DNA of 20,730 bases. Source: Desulfurella sp. GTDB lineage: Bacteria > Campylobacterota_A > Desulfurellia > Desulfurellales > Desulfurellaceae. The stretch spans positions 2,360 to 23,089 of the forward strand of contig JAVRLY010000016.1 in assembly GCA_031960885.1 (NCBI GenBank). The letters run 5' to 3'. Each line of letters opens with the position of its first letter. Position 1 is the stretch's first letter. Below, in pieces: positions 10,049 to 18,730 of the stretch. Below the pieces are notes generated by a model. It was not told the DNA's origin. It did no database searches and saw nothing but the letters and a program-made list of their open reading frames with translations. A program made the position numbers and the translations under genes.

Positions 10049-10603
10049 ATGAATGAGAAAAACGATATAAATGAAGAAGTTATTGAAACCCAAGACAATA
10101 AGAACGTTGAAGATAATAAAAGTCAAAACACACAAACGGAGCAAGAAAATGAGATAAACGAAATAAAAGAACAATTAGAAAAACAAAAAGATGCATATTT
10201 AAGATTGCTAGCAGAGTTTGACAATTTTAGAAAACGTACAGAGAGAGAGAAATTTGAAATTGCTGATGTTATTAAAGGTTCAGTGATAAAGGATTTTTTG
10301 CCTATTCTAGATAGTCTTGAAAAAGCGTATTTAGTTTCTGCAGATAATGAGTCTATTAGTTCTGGCATAGAGCTAGTAGTAAAAACATTTAAACAACTTT
10401 TAGAAAAATATGAGATAAAAGAGATTGATACTGAGTGCGAATTTGATCCGAATGTTCACGAAGCCTTAATGACAGTAGATTCAGATACACCAAATAAAAT
10501 TGTTCAAATATTTGAAAAAGGTTATACTTATAAAGATAAACTGCTTAGACCAGCAAAAGTTTCTGTTGGTAAATCAAATACAGATAATAGTGAGGAGGTT
10601 TAA
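10049..10603 (+). CDS. grpE: Nucleotide exchange factor GrpE
   Basis: '[14 protein letters not shown]', 'LPILDSLE.A', 'FDPNVHEA' and 'KGY....LLRPAKVSV'. Confidence 0.97.
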   Translation: MNEKNDINEEVIETQDNKNVEDNKSQNTQTEQENEINEIKEQLEKQKDAYLRLLAEFDNFRKRTEREKFEIADVIKGSVIKDFLPILDSLEKAYLVSADNESISSGIELVVKTFKQLLEKYEIKEIDTECEFDPNVHEALMTVDSDTPNKIVQIFEKGYTYKDKLLRPAKVSVGKSNTDNSEEV

Positions 10604-10605
10604 AT

Positions 10606-12501
10606 ATGGGAAGAGTTTTAGGTATAGATCTTGGAACAACAAATTCTTGTATGGCCATTATAGAAGGCGGTAGGCCCAAAGTAATTCCAAACGCTGAGGG
10701 TACAAACACTACACCTAGCATTGTAGCATTCACGGATAAAGGGGAAATATTAGTTGGACAATCAGCAAAAAGGCAGGCTGTTACAAACCCCAAAAAAACA
10801 ATTTTTTCTGCCAAAAGATTAATAGGCAGGAGATATAGTTCAAAACAAGCTCAAGAGGCAAAAACTAAGCTCCCATACGAAGTTGTAGAAGGTCCAAATG
10901 ATGACTGCAGAATAAGAATAGACGGGAAAGACTATACACCACAGGAGATTTCAGCACAGGTATTAATGAAACTGAAAAGAGATGCAGAAAGTTACTTAGG
11001 AGAGAAAATTACAGAAGCAGTTATAACTGTACCAGCATATTTTGATGATTCGCAAAGAAAAGCAACCAAAGATGCAGGAACAATTGCGGGTTTAAATGTA
11101 TTAAGGATAATTAATGAACCTACAGCATCGTCGCTTGCTTTTGGACTAGATACAGCAAAAGAGGGTAAAATTGCTGTTTATGATTTAGGTGGTGGCACAT
11201 TTGATATTTCTATATTAGAAGTTGCCGATGGTGTTTTTGAGGTAAAATCTACTAATGGCGACACTTTCTTAGGTGGTGATGATTTTGATAGGGTATTGTT
11301 GGATTATTTAGCCGATGAATTTAAAAAAGAGCAGGGTGTTGATTTAAGAAATGATCCAATGGCTTTGCAGCGATTGAAAGAAGCTAGTGAAAAAGCAAAA
11401 ATTGAACTTTCAAGCTCTCTTGAAACAGAAATTAACTTGCCATTTATTACAGCTGATGCCTCTGGTCCGAAGCACTTAGTAATAAAGATTACAAGGTCTA
11501 AATTCGAACAACTTGTAGATCCACTTATACAGCGAACGCTTGAGCCATGCAGGCTAGCTTTAAAAGATGCGAATTTAACTCAAAATGACATAGATTATGT
11601 GATACTTGTTGGAGGCATGACCAGAATGCCTAAAATCCAGCAAGTTGTAAAAGATTTTTTTGGCAAAGAGCCTAGAAAAGATGTAAATCCAGATGAAGCC
11701 GTAGCTATAGGTGCTGCTATACAAGGTGGAGTATTAAAAGGCGAAGTGAAAGATGTATTGCTTCTTGATGTAACACCACTTAGCCTTGGAATAGAAACCT
11801 TAGGTGGCGTAATGACGAAAATTATACCTAGAAACACAACCATTCCAACAAAAAAAAGTCAGGTGTTCACTACAGCAGAAGATAATCAGACGGCTGTTAC
11901 CATTCATGTATTGCAAGGTGAGCGTGAAATGGCTGCAGAAAATAAAACACTTGGCAGATTTGAATTGATGGGCATACCTCCAGCACCCAGGGGAATACCA
12001 CAGGTTGAGGTTACATTTGATATTGATGCAAATGGAATATTAAATGTTTCTGCTAAAGATAAAGCTACTGGCAAAGAACAAATGATTCGCATTACAGCTT
12101 CAAGTGGTTTGACACAAGAAGAGATTGAGAGAATGGTAAAAGAAGCTGAAATACATGCAGAAGAAGATAAAAGATACAAAGAGTTAATTGAGGTTAAAAA
12201 TAAAGCAGATTCTATTGTATACTCAACGCAAAAAAGTTTAAATGATTTTGGAGATAAGATTTCAGAAAGCGAGAAAAAAGATATTCAAGAAGCAATTGAT
12301 GCAACAAAGAAAGCAATGGAATCAGGCACGAAAGAAGAAATAGAAGCAAAGATGAATGATTTGATAAATAAAGCTCATAAATTAGCAGAGGAAGCTTATA
12401 AACAAGCTTCAAAAGACGAAGGTCCAACAAATTCAAGTGGTTCAAAACAAGAAGAAGATGTGGTAGAAGCAGAAGTGGAAAAGGAAGATAATAATAAGTA
12501 A
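10606..12501 (+). CDS. dnaK: Chaperone DnaK (Hsp70)
   Basis: 'GIDLGTTNS', 'TVPAYF', 'DLGGGTFD', 'LVGGMTRMP' and 'NPDEAVA.GAA'. Contains the diderm-type insert in subdomain IB. SD GAGGAGG. Confidence 0.99.
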   Translation: MGRVLGIDLGTTNSCMAIIEGGRPKVIPNAEGTNTTPSIVAFTDKGEILVGQSAKRQAVTNPKKTIFSAKRLIGRRYSSKQAQEAKTKLPYEVVEGPNDDCRIRIDGKDYTPQEISAQVLMKLKRDAESYLGEKITEAVITVPAYFDDSQRKATKDAGTIAGLNVLRIINEPTASSLAFGLDTAKEGKIAVYDLGGGTFDISILEVADGVFEVKSTNGDTFLGGDDFDRVLLDYLADEFKKEQGVDLRNDPMALQRLKEASEKAKIELSSSLETEINLPFITADASGPKHLVIKITRSKFEQLVDPLIQRTLEPCRLALKDANLTQNDIDYVILVGGMTRMPKIQQVVKDFFGKEPRKDVNPDEAVAIGAAIQGGVLKGEVKDVLLLDVTPLSLGIETLGGVMTKIIPRNTTIPTKKSQVFTTAEDNQTAVTIHVLQGEREMAAENKTLGRFELMGIPPAPRGIPQVEVTFDIDANGILNVSAKDKATGKEQMIRITASSGLTQEEIERMVKEAEIHAEEDKRYKELIEVKNKADSIVYSTQKSLNDFGDKISESEKKDIQEAIDATKKAMESGTKEEIEAKMNDLINKAHKLAEEAYKQASKDEGPTNSSGSKQEEDVVEAEVEKEDNNK

Positions 12502-12515
12502 GTCAAAAGCAACGC

Positions 12516-12567
12516 TGAAGCAAAGGTAAAAAAGTCTTTGCCTTTGCTTCAATTTTTTTATTTTTTT
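12516..12567 (+). terminator. Rho-independent terminator between dnaK and dnaJ
   Basis: TGAAGCAAAGGTAAA (12516-12530), 6-nt loop, TTTGCCTTTGCTTCA (12537-12551). The 15-bp stem has one G-U pair and is followed by ATTTTTTTATTTTTTT. Confidence 0.85.
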
Positions 12568-12585
12568 AAGGAGAATAACGAAAAG

Positions 12586-13680
12586 ATGGCGAAAGATTAT
12601 TATGCCATATTGGGTGTAGATAGAAACGCAAGCGTAGAAGAGATTAAGAAGGTATATAGACAATTAGCACTTAAATACCATCCAGATAAAAATCCAGGCG
12701 ATAAAGCCTGTGAAGAAAAATTTAAAGAAATCACAGAAGCTTATGCTATACTATCAGATGAAACCAAACGTGCAAGATATGACCAATTTGGTTATGTAAA
12801 TGAAAATGACTTTGATTTTAATCCATCTAGTTTTGATGATATTTTTGCTTATGTCAATGATATATTTGGTGATATTTTCGGTAATTTTGGCTCGAGAAGT
12901 TCTAGGTATCACACTCAAAAAAGGAAAGGTGAAAATATACAGTATCAAATGACAATTTCTTTCAAAGAAGCTATATTTGGTGCCTCAAAAGAAATAGAAA
13001 TAAGTTACCAAAAGCTTTGTGATGAATGTCATGGTTTAGGTGCAAAGCAAGAGGACCTAGAGACTTGTAGTTATTGTAAAGGCAGAGGTCAAATAGAATA
13101 TGGTAGTTTTTTTATATCAATGCGACAAACATGTCCAAAATGTGGTGGTAGCGGAAAAATAATTAAGAAAAAGTGCCCTAAATGCAATGGCAGAGGTTTT
13201 ATAATTGAAAAAGAAAGATTATCTATTAAAATCCCAAGAGGCGTGGATAATGGTTATGCTATAAGAATTTCTGGTAAAGGCCATGAAAGCGTTGATAGGA
13301 TACGTGGCGATTTAATAGTATATTTCAATGTTTTAGCAGATGAAGTATTCAAAAGAGAAGGACTAAATATCTACCTTGATTTAAATATTTCAATTCCTCA
13401 AGCAGTTTTAGGCGATACGGTAGAAGTAGATACTATTTGGGGAAAAAGAAAAATCACAATTGAGCCTGGCACTCAAAGTGGTACTCAAATTTTGCTAAGA
13501 GGCGAAGGCGTTGAAATTGAGGGTGCAAAAGGTAGCCAGATTATTAATATAAACATTGAAATACCAAAAAAGTTGACTCAAAAGCAAAAACAACTTATGG
13601 AAGAATTTGCAACAGAAATGAACCAATCATTACACCCAAATCAAGACAAGAATATTTTTAAGCGCTTTTTTAGCCAGTAA
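12586..13680 (+). CDS. dnaJ: Chaperone DnaJ (class A)
   Basis: 'KDYYAILGV', an HPD motif and four CxxCxGxG zinc-finger repeats. The start was moved to ATG 12586 (MAKDYY), with AAGGAG at 12568-12573; the longer ORF start lies inside the terminator. Confidence 0.97.
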   Translation: MAKDYYAILGVDRNASVEEIKKVYRQLALKYHPDKNPGDKACEEKFKEITEAYAILSDETKRARYDQFGYVNENDFDFNPSSFDDIFAYVNDIFGDIFGNFGSRSSRYHTQKRKGENIQYQMTISFKEAIFGASKEIEISYQKLCDECHGLGAKQEDLETCSYCKGRGQIEYGSFFISMRQTCPKCGGSGKIIKKKCPKCNGRGFIIEKERLSIKIPRGVDNGYAIRISGKGHESVDRIRGDLIVYFNVLADEVFKREGLNIYLDLNISIPQAVLGDTVEVDTIWGKRKITIEPGTQSGTQILLRGEGVEIEGAKGSQIININIEIPKKLTQKQKQLMEEFATEMNQSLHPNQDKNIFKRFFSQ

Positions 13681-15007
13681 ACATTTTTAAAAACCTGTAG
13701 TTAATTGATAGTTTGGATAAATTATATTTTAGAATTATTATATTGAGTAAAAAGTTTAAAATATTGGCTAGTAAAATCGCAAACCATATGCCATCTAATT
13801 TCATCCAGATCGAAAGAAAATAAGCACTTGGCAATTGAAATAAAAAAAGGCTGAAAAAATTCATTATGCTTGGCAAAAAAGTATTCCCACAAGCCATAGT
13901 GATGCGATTTGCAATTGAGCCCATAGCAAAAAATGGATAGCTTAAAGCGTAATATAAAAAAGCATCTTTGGCTATCTCAAAGCATTTAGGCTGATGAGTA
14001 AAGACATGTATTATATTCCCAGATAACAAAAATAACAAAATATCTAAAATGCCTATAAATGCTGTGCCAAATAACAGAGATTTTTCAACACCTTCTTTAA
14101 CAAATGACCAGTTTTTAGATCCAATGTTTTGTCCAACTATCACAGCCGCAGCATTTGATATACCAAAAATCATAAATAATAGAATTTGATAAATACGAGT
14201 TACAATGCTGTAGCTTGATATTGCTATTTGTGAATGCATGGCTATAATTTTTATGATTAGCAACATGCTTAAGATTCTTACTATTAGATGAAAAGAAGCA
14301 AATATGCTTTTACTTAAAAGTTGTTGGATTAATTTTATGTTTATATTGAACGTGAATGTAAGTTTTGTTTTTGACATAACATAAATCTGTAATATTAAAC
14401 CGATAAACATTGAACATATAGTAGCCAAAGCGGCACCTTTTACACCCATTTTTAAAACAAATATGAACAGTGGATCAAGCGCTATATTTATAATTGTAGC
14501 TATAAACATTATAGTTAATGTTTTATTGGCAAGAGACATATTTTTAAGTGTAGAGCTATTCAAGCCAAATATAAATGATATGGGTAATCCTAAAATTGAA
14601 ACACTCAAAAACTCTTTGGCATATATTAGCGTAGAATCCTCTAAACCAAGAAGCTTTAAAATAGTATCCAAAAATGGGTATAATCCCATTGACAATATTG
14701 AAAATACTATCATTACAATTAAAGCATTTGAATATATAATGCTTGCTTTTGAAAATTGTTTTGCGCCAAAGCTTTGTGTAAAAAAAATTGACGAAGCAAT
14801 AGCAATACCAATTGTAAAGGCAGATATTAGCATCAACAGTATGCTTGACGAAACTAAAGCGCCGATTGCACTGTAGCTAATTTTTGAGACAAAAAAAGTA
14901 TCCACAAGGTTGAATACAGTTTGTAAATTGCTTTCTATTATCATTGGTATAGAAAGCCCAATAAGGCTTTTAATCACTGGATCTTTTGTTGGATCAATAT
15001 TAGCCAA
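13670..15007 (-). CDS. MATE family efflux transporter
   Basis: 445 aa with about 12 hydrophobic segments; 'LSIPM......[11 protein letters not shown]', '[11 protein letters not shown]...[10 protein letters not shown]' and 'VGQNIG'. TTG start one nt after the M23 stop. Confidence 0.9.
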   Translation of the reverse strand: MANIDPTKDPVIKSLIGLSIPMIIESNLQTVFNLVDTFFVSKISYSAIGALVSSSILLMLISAFTIGIAIASSIFFTQSFGAKQFSKASIIYSNALIVMIVFSILSMGLYPFLDTILKLLGLEDSTLIYAKEFLSVSILGLPISFIFGLNSSTLKNMSLANKTLTIMFIATIINIALDPLFIFVLKMGVKGAALATICSMFIGLILQIYVMSKTKLTFTFNINIKLIQQLLSKSIFASFHLIVRILSMLLIIKIIAMHSQIAISSYSIVTRIYQILLFMIFGISNAAAVIVGQNIGSKNWSFVKEGVEKSLLFGTAFIGILDILLFLLSGNIIHVFTHQPKCFEIAKDAFLYYALSYPFFAMGSIANRITMACGNTFLPSIMNFFSLFLFQLPSAYFLSIWMKLDGIWFAILLANILNFLLNIIILKYNLSKLSINYRFLKMFTG

Positions 15008-15008
15008 T

Positions 15009-16436
15009 TTAGTTTATGTAATACTTTAGTAATGCGGCCCTTTTTTTGGCATTATCAATTTTTGTTTCTATATTATTTTTTATCCACGATCCGTCCAACC
15101 ATTCTATAGGGTTCACATAATAGCCATCAATTAGCATACCAAAATGTAAATGGTCTCCAACTGCAAGTCCAGTAGTGTCCGTATGGGCAATCATTTGGCC
15201 CTTTTGAACAAATTCGCCTTTTTTGACCAAAAAATCTTGTAAATGACCATAAAGGCTGAATATTCCAAGTCCGTGGTCTATTAAAATACAATTGCCATAA
15301 ACTCCAATGGGACCTGTAAAGACCACTATACCAGAATTTGCTGCTGGTACTTTTGCATGCTTTATGCTTGCAAAATCAACGCCCATATGGTATTCATTCG
15401 TCAAAGGTTTATTATCGTAGTAAAATGTCCTATAATCGCCAAAATACGCCATAACAGCAGATGCGGGCAGTTGTAAAAAAGCTCCTTTAAATAGTATTTT
15501 ATCTGTATGTATAGAATTTGCAATATTTGCAATTTGTTCGTTGTTTTCTTTTTCAACTTTGTTTATAACTAAATCAAATGCTTGAGCTGGATTTTGTGGA
15601 CTAAAGTTAATATGCGCTTGCTTTAGTATTGAGTAAACTTTAGTTTCAATGAAATGTGTATCTACTGTCACATCTGTTTTTTTATTTTTAAATGATTCAT
15701 AGTACACAGGCACATGTACAAAAATTTCGTTTCCTGCATTGTTTTGCGCTACAATTGACGTATCCCAATTTTTTTGCTCGCAGAAGGGGTATGTAAAAAA
15801 AGCTATGTATGTATTTGGATGGTTTATTAAGCTATCAGCCTTAAAAGCTCGAAATTTAGCGAATTTTCCATTTGCGTATTTTACCTGTAAGTAAACTTTT
15901 TTGAGGCCAATTTTATCATTTGCGTAGAATAGCACTACACTAGAGCCACCTTCTAAAATATTAGCAAAATTGTTTAATAGCACAACTTTGGGGTAGTGGT
16001 TGTAAATAGTAACTTCTTTTACAATTTTCTTTTTGAAACCACGAGAAAAATTGTTATGCGAGTAATCAGAAACTTCTATGATAAATTTTGCACTTGCCTC
16101 TGGTAGTCTTTGATTGAGTTTAAATTTTAGTGGAAATTCGTATGTATTTTTATTTTCGAAAATCTTGTCGTATAGAGAAATTTTTGTATTCATTACGTAT
16201 GCATAAATATTAATTTCTTTGAGGGGGTATTTTGCATCTTTAATGTATATATCTAAGCTTTTATTGGAACTTAAGTAAATATTGGGATAAATAACATTGA
16301 TTTGTATAGGATTTTTTACAAAAAATGGTGTATAATGATAGATAAAGTACGCGCACACCAAAATTATAATAATAAATAAAAACTTTGAGCCAAAGTTTCT
16401 TTTCTTTTTCTTTTTTAAATAAAAAGTGTCTTTCAT
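15009..16436 (-). CDS. M23 family metallopeptidase (peptidoglycan endopeptidase), N-terminally membrane anchored
   Basis: Zn motifs HMGVD (HxxxD) and HLH (HxH), plus 'YGN...IDHG.G..SLYGHL' and 'VNP.EW'. A basic N-terminus is followed by a hydrophobic helix. Confidence 0.9.
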   Translation of the reverse strand: MKDTFYLKKKKKRNFGSKFLFIIIILVCAYFIYHYTPFFVKNPIQINVIYPNIYLSSNKSLDIYIKDAKYPLKEINIYAYVMNTKISLYDKIFENKNTYEFPLKFKLNQRLPEASAKFIIEVSDYSHNNFSRGFKKKIVKEVTIYNHYPKVVLLNNFANILEGGSSVVLFYANDKIGLKKVYLQVKYANGKFAKFRAFKADSLINHPNTYIAFFTYPFCEQKNWDTSIVAQNNAGNEIFVHVPVYYESFKNKKTDVTVDTHFIETKVYSILKQAHINFSPQNPAQAFDLVINKVEKENNEQIANIANSIHTDKILFKGAFLQLPASAVMAYFGDYRTFYYDNKPLTNEYHMGVDFASIKHAKVPAANSGIVVFTGPIGVYGNCILIDHGLGIFSLYGHLQDFLVKKGEFVQKGQMIAHTDTTGLAVGDHLHFGMLIDGYYVNPIEWLDGSWIKNNIETKIDNAKKRAALLKYYIN

Positions 16437-16918
16437 TTTATACTCCTTATTATATCTTTTTGAAGTTTAAGATTTTGGGTTAATACGCAAATTGTTTTGT
16501 ATATAGTGGAATTGCGCATAAGTTTATTTGAAGCGTAACTTAATAAAGGTAGACTTCTAAGCACAATTGACAATACAGCAATTAAAAATACAGCTTTTGA
16601 AAAACCAAATAGAACGCCAAGTATTCTATCTATATTTGAGAGTTTCATTTTTTTTGATGCACTTTGACTCAAAAAACTTATTAAGCTAACCAGTGTGTAT
16701 ATAATAACAAACATTAAAATAAAACTTATTACATTTGCAAGGATATACGATACACCGAAAGCTTTTTGAACTGGCACTGTTAAATAAGTGTGATATATTA
16801 CAGATAAATACAAACCCAAAATAACGGCAACAAGTTTAAAAAATTCTTTTATAAATCCATGTATATAGCCTAATATTGATAGACCAATAATAAATGCACC
16901 AAAAACTATATCTGTCAT
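16433..16918 (-). CDS. cvpA: CvpA (colicin V production) family membrane protein
   Basis: 'D.......G...GFIKE' N-terminus and 'LSNIDRILGVLFG..K'; 4 TM segments; 161 aa. Confidence 0.88.
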   Translation of the reverse strand: MTDIVFGAFIIGLSILGYIHGFIKEFFKLVAVILGLYLSVIYHTYLTVPVQKAFGVSYILANVISFILMFVIIYTLVSLISFLSQSASKKMKLSNIDRILGVLFGFSKAVFLIAVLSIVLRSLPLLSYASNKLMRNSTIYKTICVLTQNLKLQKDIIRSIK

Positions 16919-18435
16919 TAATTTGCCACCACTGTTTTAAAATTAGAGTAAGTAACACGCCCTTTTTTAAAACCTTTTGGTTTTTTAACAAATTTTACAA
17001 ACGTGTAATCAACCTCAATTTTATTATAAGTGTGCATTTTTTCTTTTATTTTTTGAGCACACTGTTCTAACAAGGCTTTATTGATTTCTTGCAAGCGCTG
17101 TGGGTTTTTAATAATTAAATGTGGACCTGGAATATTTTTTGGGTGCATCCATACATCTTCTTTAGATGCATTTTTTAAAATTATTTCATTGCTTTTTGCG
17201 TTATTGCCTATATATATGTCAAAACCAAGAATATTAAAATGTTCATAGCTAGAAACCTCAATATGTTTAACTGTATGGTTTGTTTTTTTTGACAAGAAGT
17301 TAATGTCTTTAATATCAATACTATCATTTAATAATTGTTCTTTCAATTTTGTAACATTTATGTATTCTTGTTTTGATTGATCAAGCAAAGATTCTAATAT
17401 ATTTTTTGCGTTTTTGTATTTTTTGTAAAGCTTATAGTATAAACTGATATTATACTGTATTGTTTTTTCTGGGTTAACAGGAATAGCAACATCTTTTGTA
17501 AATCCATGTGGTTTTAAGTAAATTACATCGTTGTTTAATTTATTTAATTTAACAGTAGAAATGTTTTCTAAAAGCGTATCAGCATAGAGTTTCATTTTGT
17601 CAGCATCTTGGGCTTTTTGTATATCATTTTGTATTTTTTCTATTTTTTCATTTATTTTTTTTAGTTTTTTGTCAATAAAGTTAATAGTTTTAGTTTTGTT
17701 TGAACTTTTTTGTGTATTGGTTATGAAGATTTGATTAAATAGTGTTTTTTCATCGATAGTGCTGATATTTTCTACAAATTCAAAATAAAATGGATAGATA
17801 AAGTTCCTTGTTTTAAAAGTGTACTGAAATAACGTTTCGTAAGGTTTTCTTGAAATTTCAATAAAATCATCTATATTTTTTTCTGTTATAAATTTTTTTA
17901 CAAAACTATCAATACCTAAAATATTTTCTCTATGGAATGCTCTTTTTATCACATCTATATTATCCGTTGTAATATCAAGCATTTTGCTAGGTTTATTGTA
18001 AGTTCTGTTTGGCAAAATTTGTCTACTTTGTACATATCTTAGGCTTTCAATTATCTTCCAATTGTTATCACATAGTATGAGGTTGCCGTTTCTGCCTGTT
18101 ATTTCAAACACCAAATAATAATAGTGTTCAATATCTAATCTTTTGTCTAACAAATGCAAAACCAAGACACGCTCAAGACCTGTGTAGCTTACATCGATAA
18201 CTTTGAGTTTATTTATCTTTTTGTGCAAGCTAATTGCAAAATTACTTTGAGTTTTTGGAAGTTGATAATTACCAAAAAACAAAGCACTCGGCGAATCTAA
18301 TTTAAAAAATATAGACGAACCGTTCTCTAAATTTAAAACAATACTACCAAGACTTCCATATATGTGCGTAACTTTTTGACCTACGATATCTTTTTTTGCT
18401 TTTGTCGCAAAATAATTAAATAAAAAATTATTCAT
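16918..18435 (-). CDS. rqcH: NFACT family protein (RqcH/FbpA/PavA-like ribosome quality control factor)
   Basis: NFACT-N 'GLERVL...FEITGRNGNLIL', a coiled-coil middle region 'YYKLYKKYK', and NFACT-R 'IG.NAKSN...WMH....PG.H...VDYT..K.VKKPKG...G.VTY'. Confidence 0.85.
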   Translation of the reverse strand: MNNFLFNYFATKAKKDIVGQKVTHIYGSLGSIVLNLENGSSIFFKLDSPSALFFGNYQLPKTQSNFAISLHKKINKLKVIDVSYTGLERVLVLHLLDKRLDIEHYYYLVFEITGRNGNLILCDNNWKIIESLRYVQSRQILPNRTYNKPSKMLDITTDNIDVIKRAFHRENILGIDSFVKKFITEKNIDDFIEISRKPYETLFQYTFKTRNFIYPFYFEFVENISTIDEKTLFNQIFITNTQKSSNKTKTINFIDKKLKKINEKIEKIQNDIQKAQDADKMKLYADTLLENISTVKLNKLNNDVIYLKPHGFTKDVAIPVNPEKTIQYNISLYYKLYKKYKNAKNILESLLDQSKQEYINVTKLKEQLLNDSIDIKDINFLSKKTNHTVKHIEVSSYEHFNILGFDIYIGNNAKSNEIILKNASKEDVWMHPKNIPGPHLIIKNPQRLQEINKALLEQCAQKIKEKMHTYNKIEVDYTFVKFVKKPKGFKKGRVTYSNFKTVVAN

Positions 18436-18440
18436 ACGCC

Positions 18441-18471
18441 AAATAAACCTCTCAAGATGAGAGGTTTATTT
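18441..18471 (-). terminator. Hairpin/terminator after rpsU, overlapping its stop codon
   Basis: Perfect 13-bp inverted repeat AAATAAACCTCTC (18441-18453) / GAGAGGTTTATTT (18459-18471). On the minus-strand mRNA the 3' arm ends in TTTATTT. Confidence 0.75.
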
Positions 18472-18669
18472 TTTCTTCTCGCTCAGTCTTTTTTTCTTGA
18501 GAGCCTTTTTGCGAGCTGCCAGCGCTTTTTTCTTTTTCTTTTCACTAGGCTTTTCATAGTGTTCTCTTTTTTTTATCTCAGAGAGAATACCAGCGCGCTC
18601 GCATTGTTTCTTGAATCGCTTAAAAGCTTCTTCAAAAGATTCATTGTCCCTTACATAGACACCCGGCAA
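18466..18669 (-). CDS. rpsU: 30S ribosomal protein S21 (bS21)
   Basis: '[36 protein letters not shown]'. The start was assigned to TTG 18669 (MPGVYV), downstream of the SD AAGGGGTGA. Confidence 0.96.
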   Translation of the reverse strand: MPGVYVRDNESFEEAFKRFKKQCERAGILSEIKKREHYEKPSEKKKKKALAARKKALKKKRLSEKKK

Positions 18670-18701
18670 ACAAATCACCCCTTTTCTTTTTAGTTAGCAC
18701 T

Positions 18702-18730
18702 ATTATATTAGAAAAAAGAGATTGGGTCAA
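18702..18730 (-). promoter_or_regulatory. Putative sigma70 promoter for rpsU, with its -35 inside the priA 3' end
   Basis: Minus strand TTGACC (18730-18725), 17-nt spacer, TATAAT (18707-18702). Confidence 0.75.

Noticed and set aside
12538..12585. N-terminal extension of DnaJ in the ORF track
   Set aside because: It runs through the terminator stem and U-tract. The J-domain and SD support ATG 12586.
14463..14876. 137-aa plus-strand ORF
   Set aside because: It is an antisense shadow of the MATE gene.
18457..18693. 78-aa Phe-rich plus-strand ORF
   Set aside because: It is the reverse complement of the Lys-rich rpsU gene.
18694..18702. CIRCE-like half site TTAGCACTA upstream of rpsU
   Set aside because: There is no matching second arm at 9-nt spacing (the position reads AAAAAAGAG), so this is likely chance.
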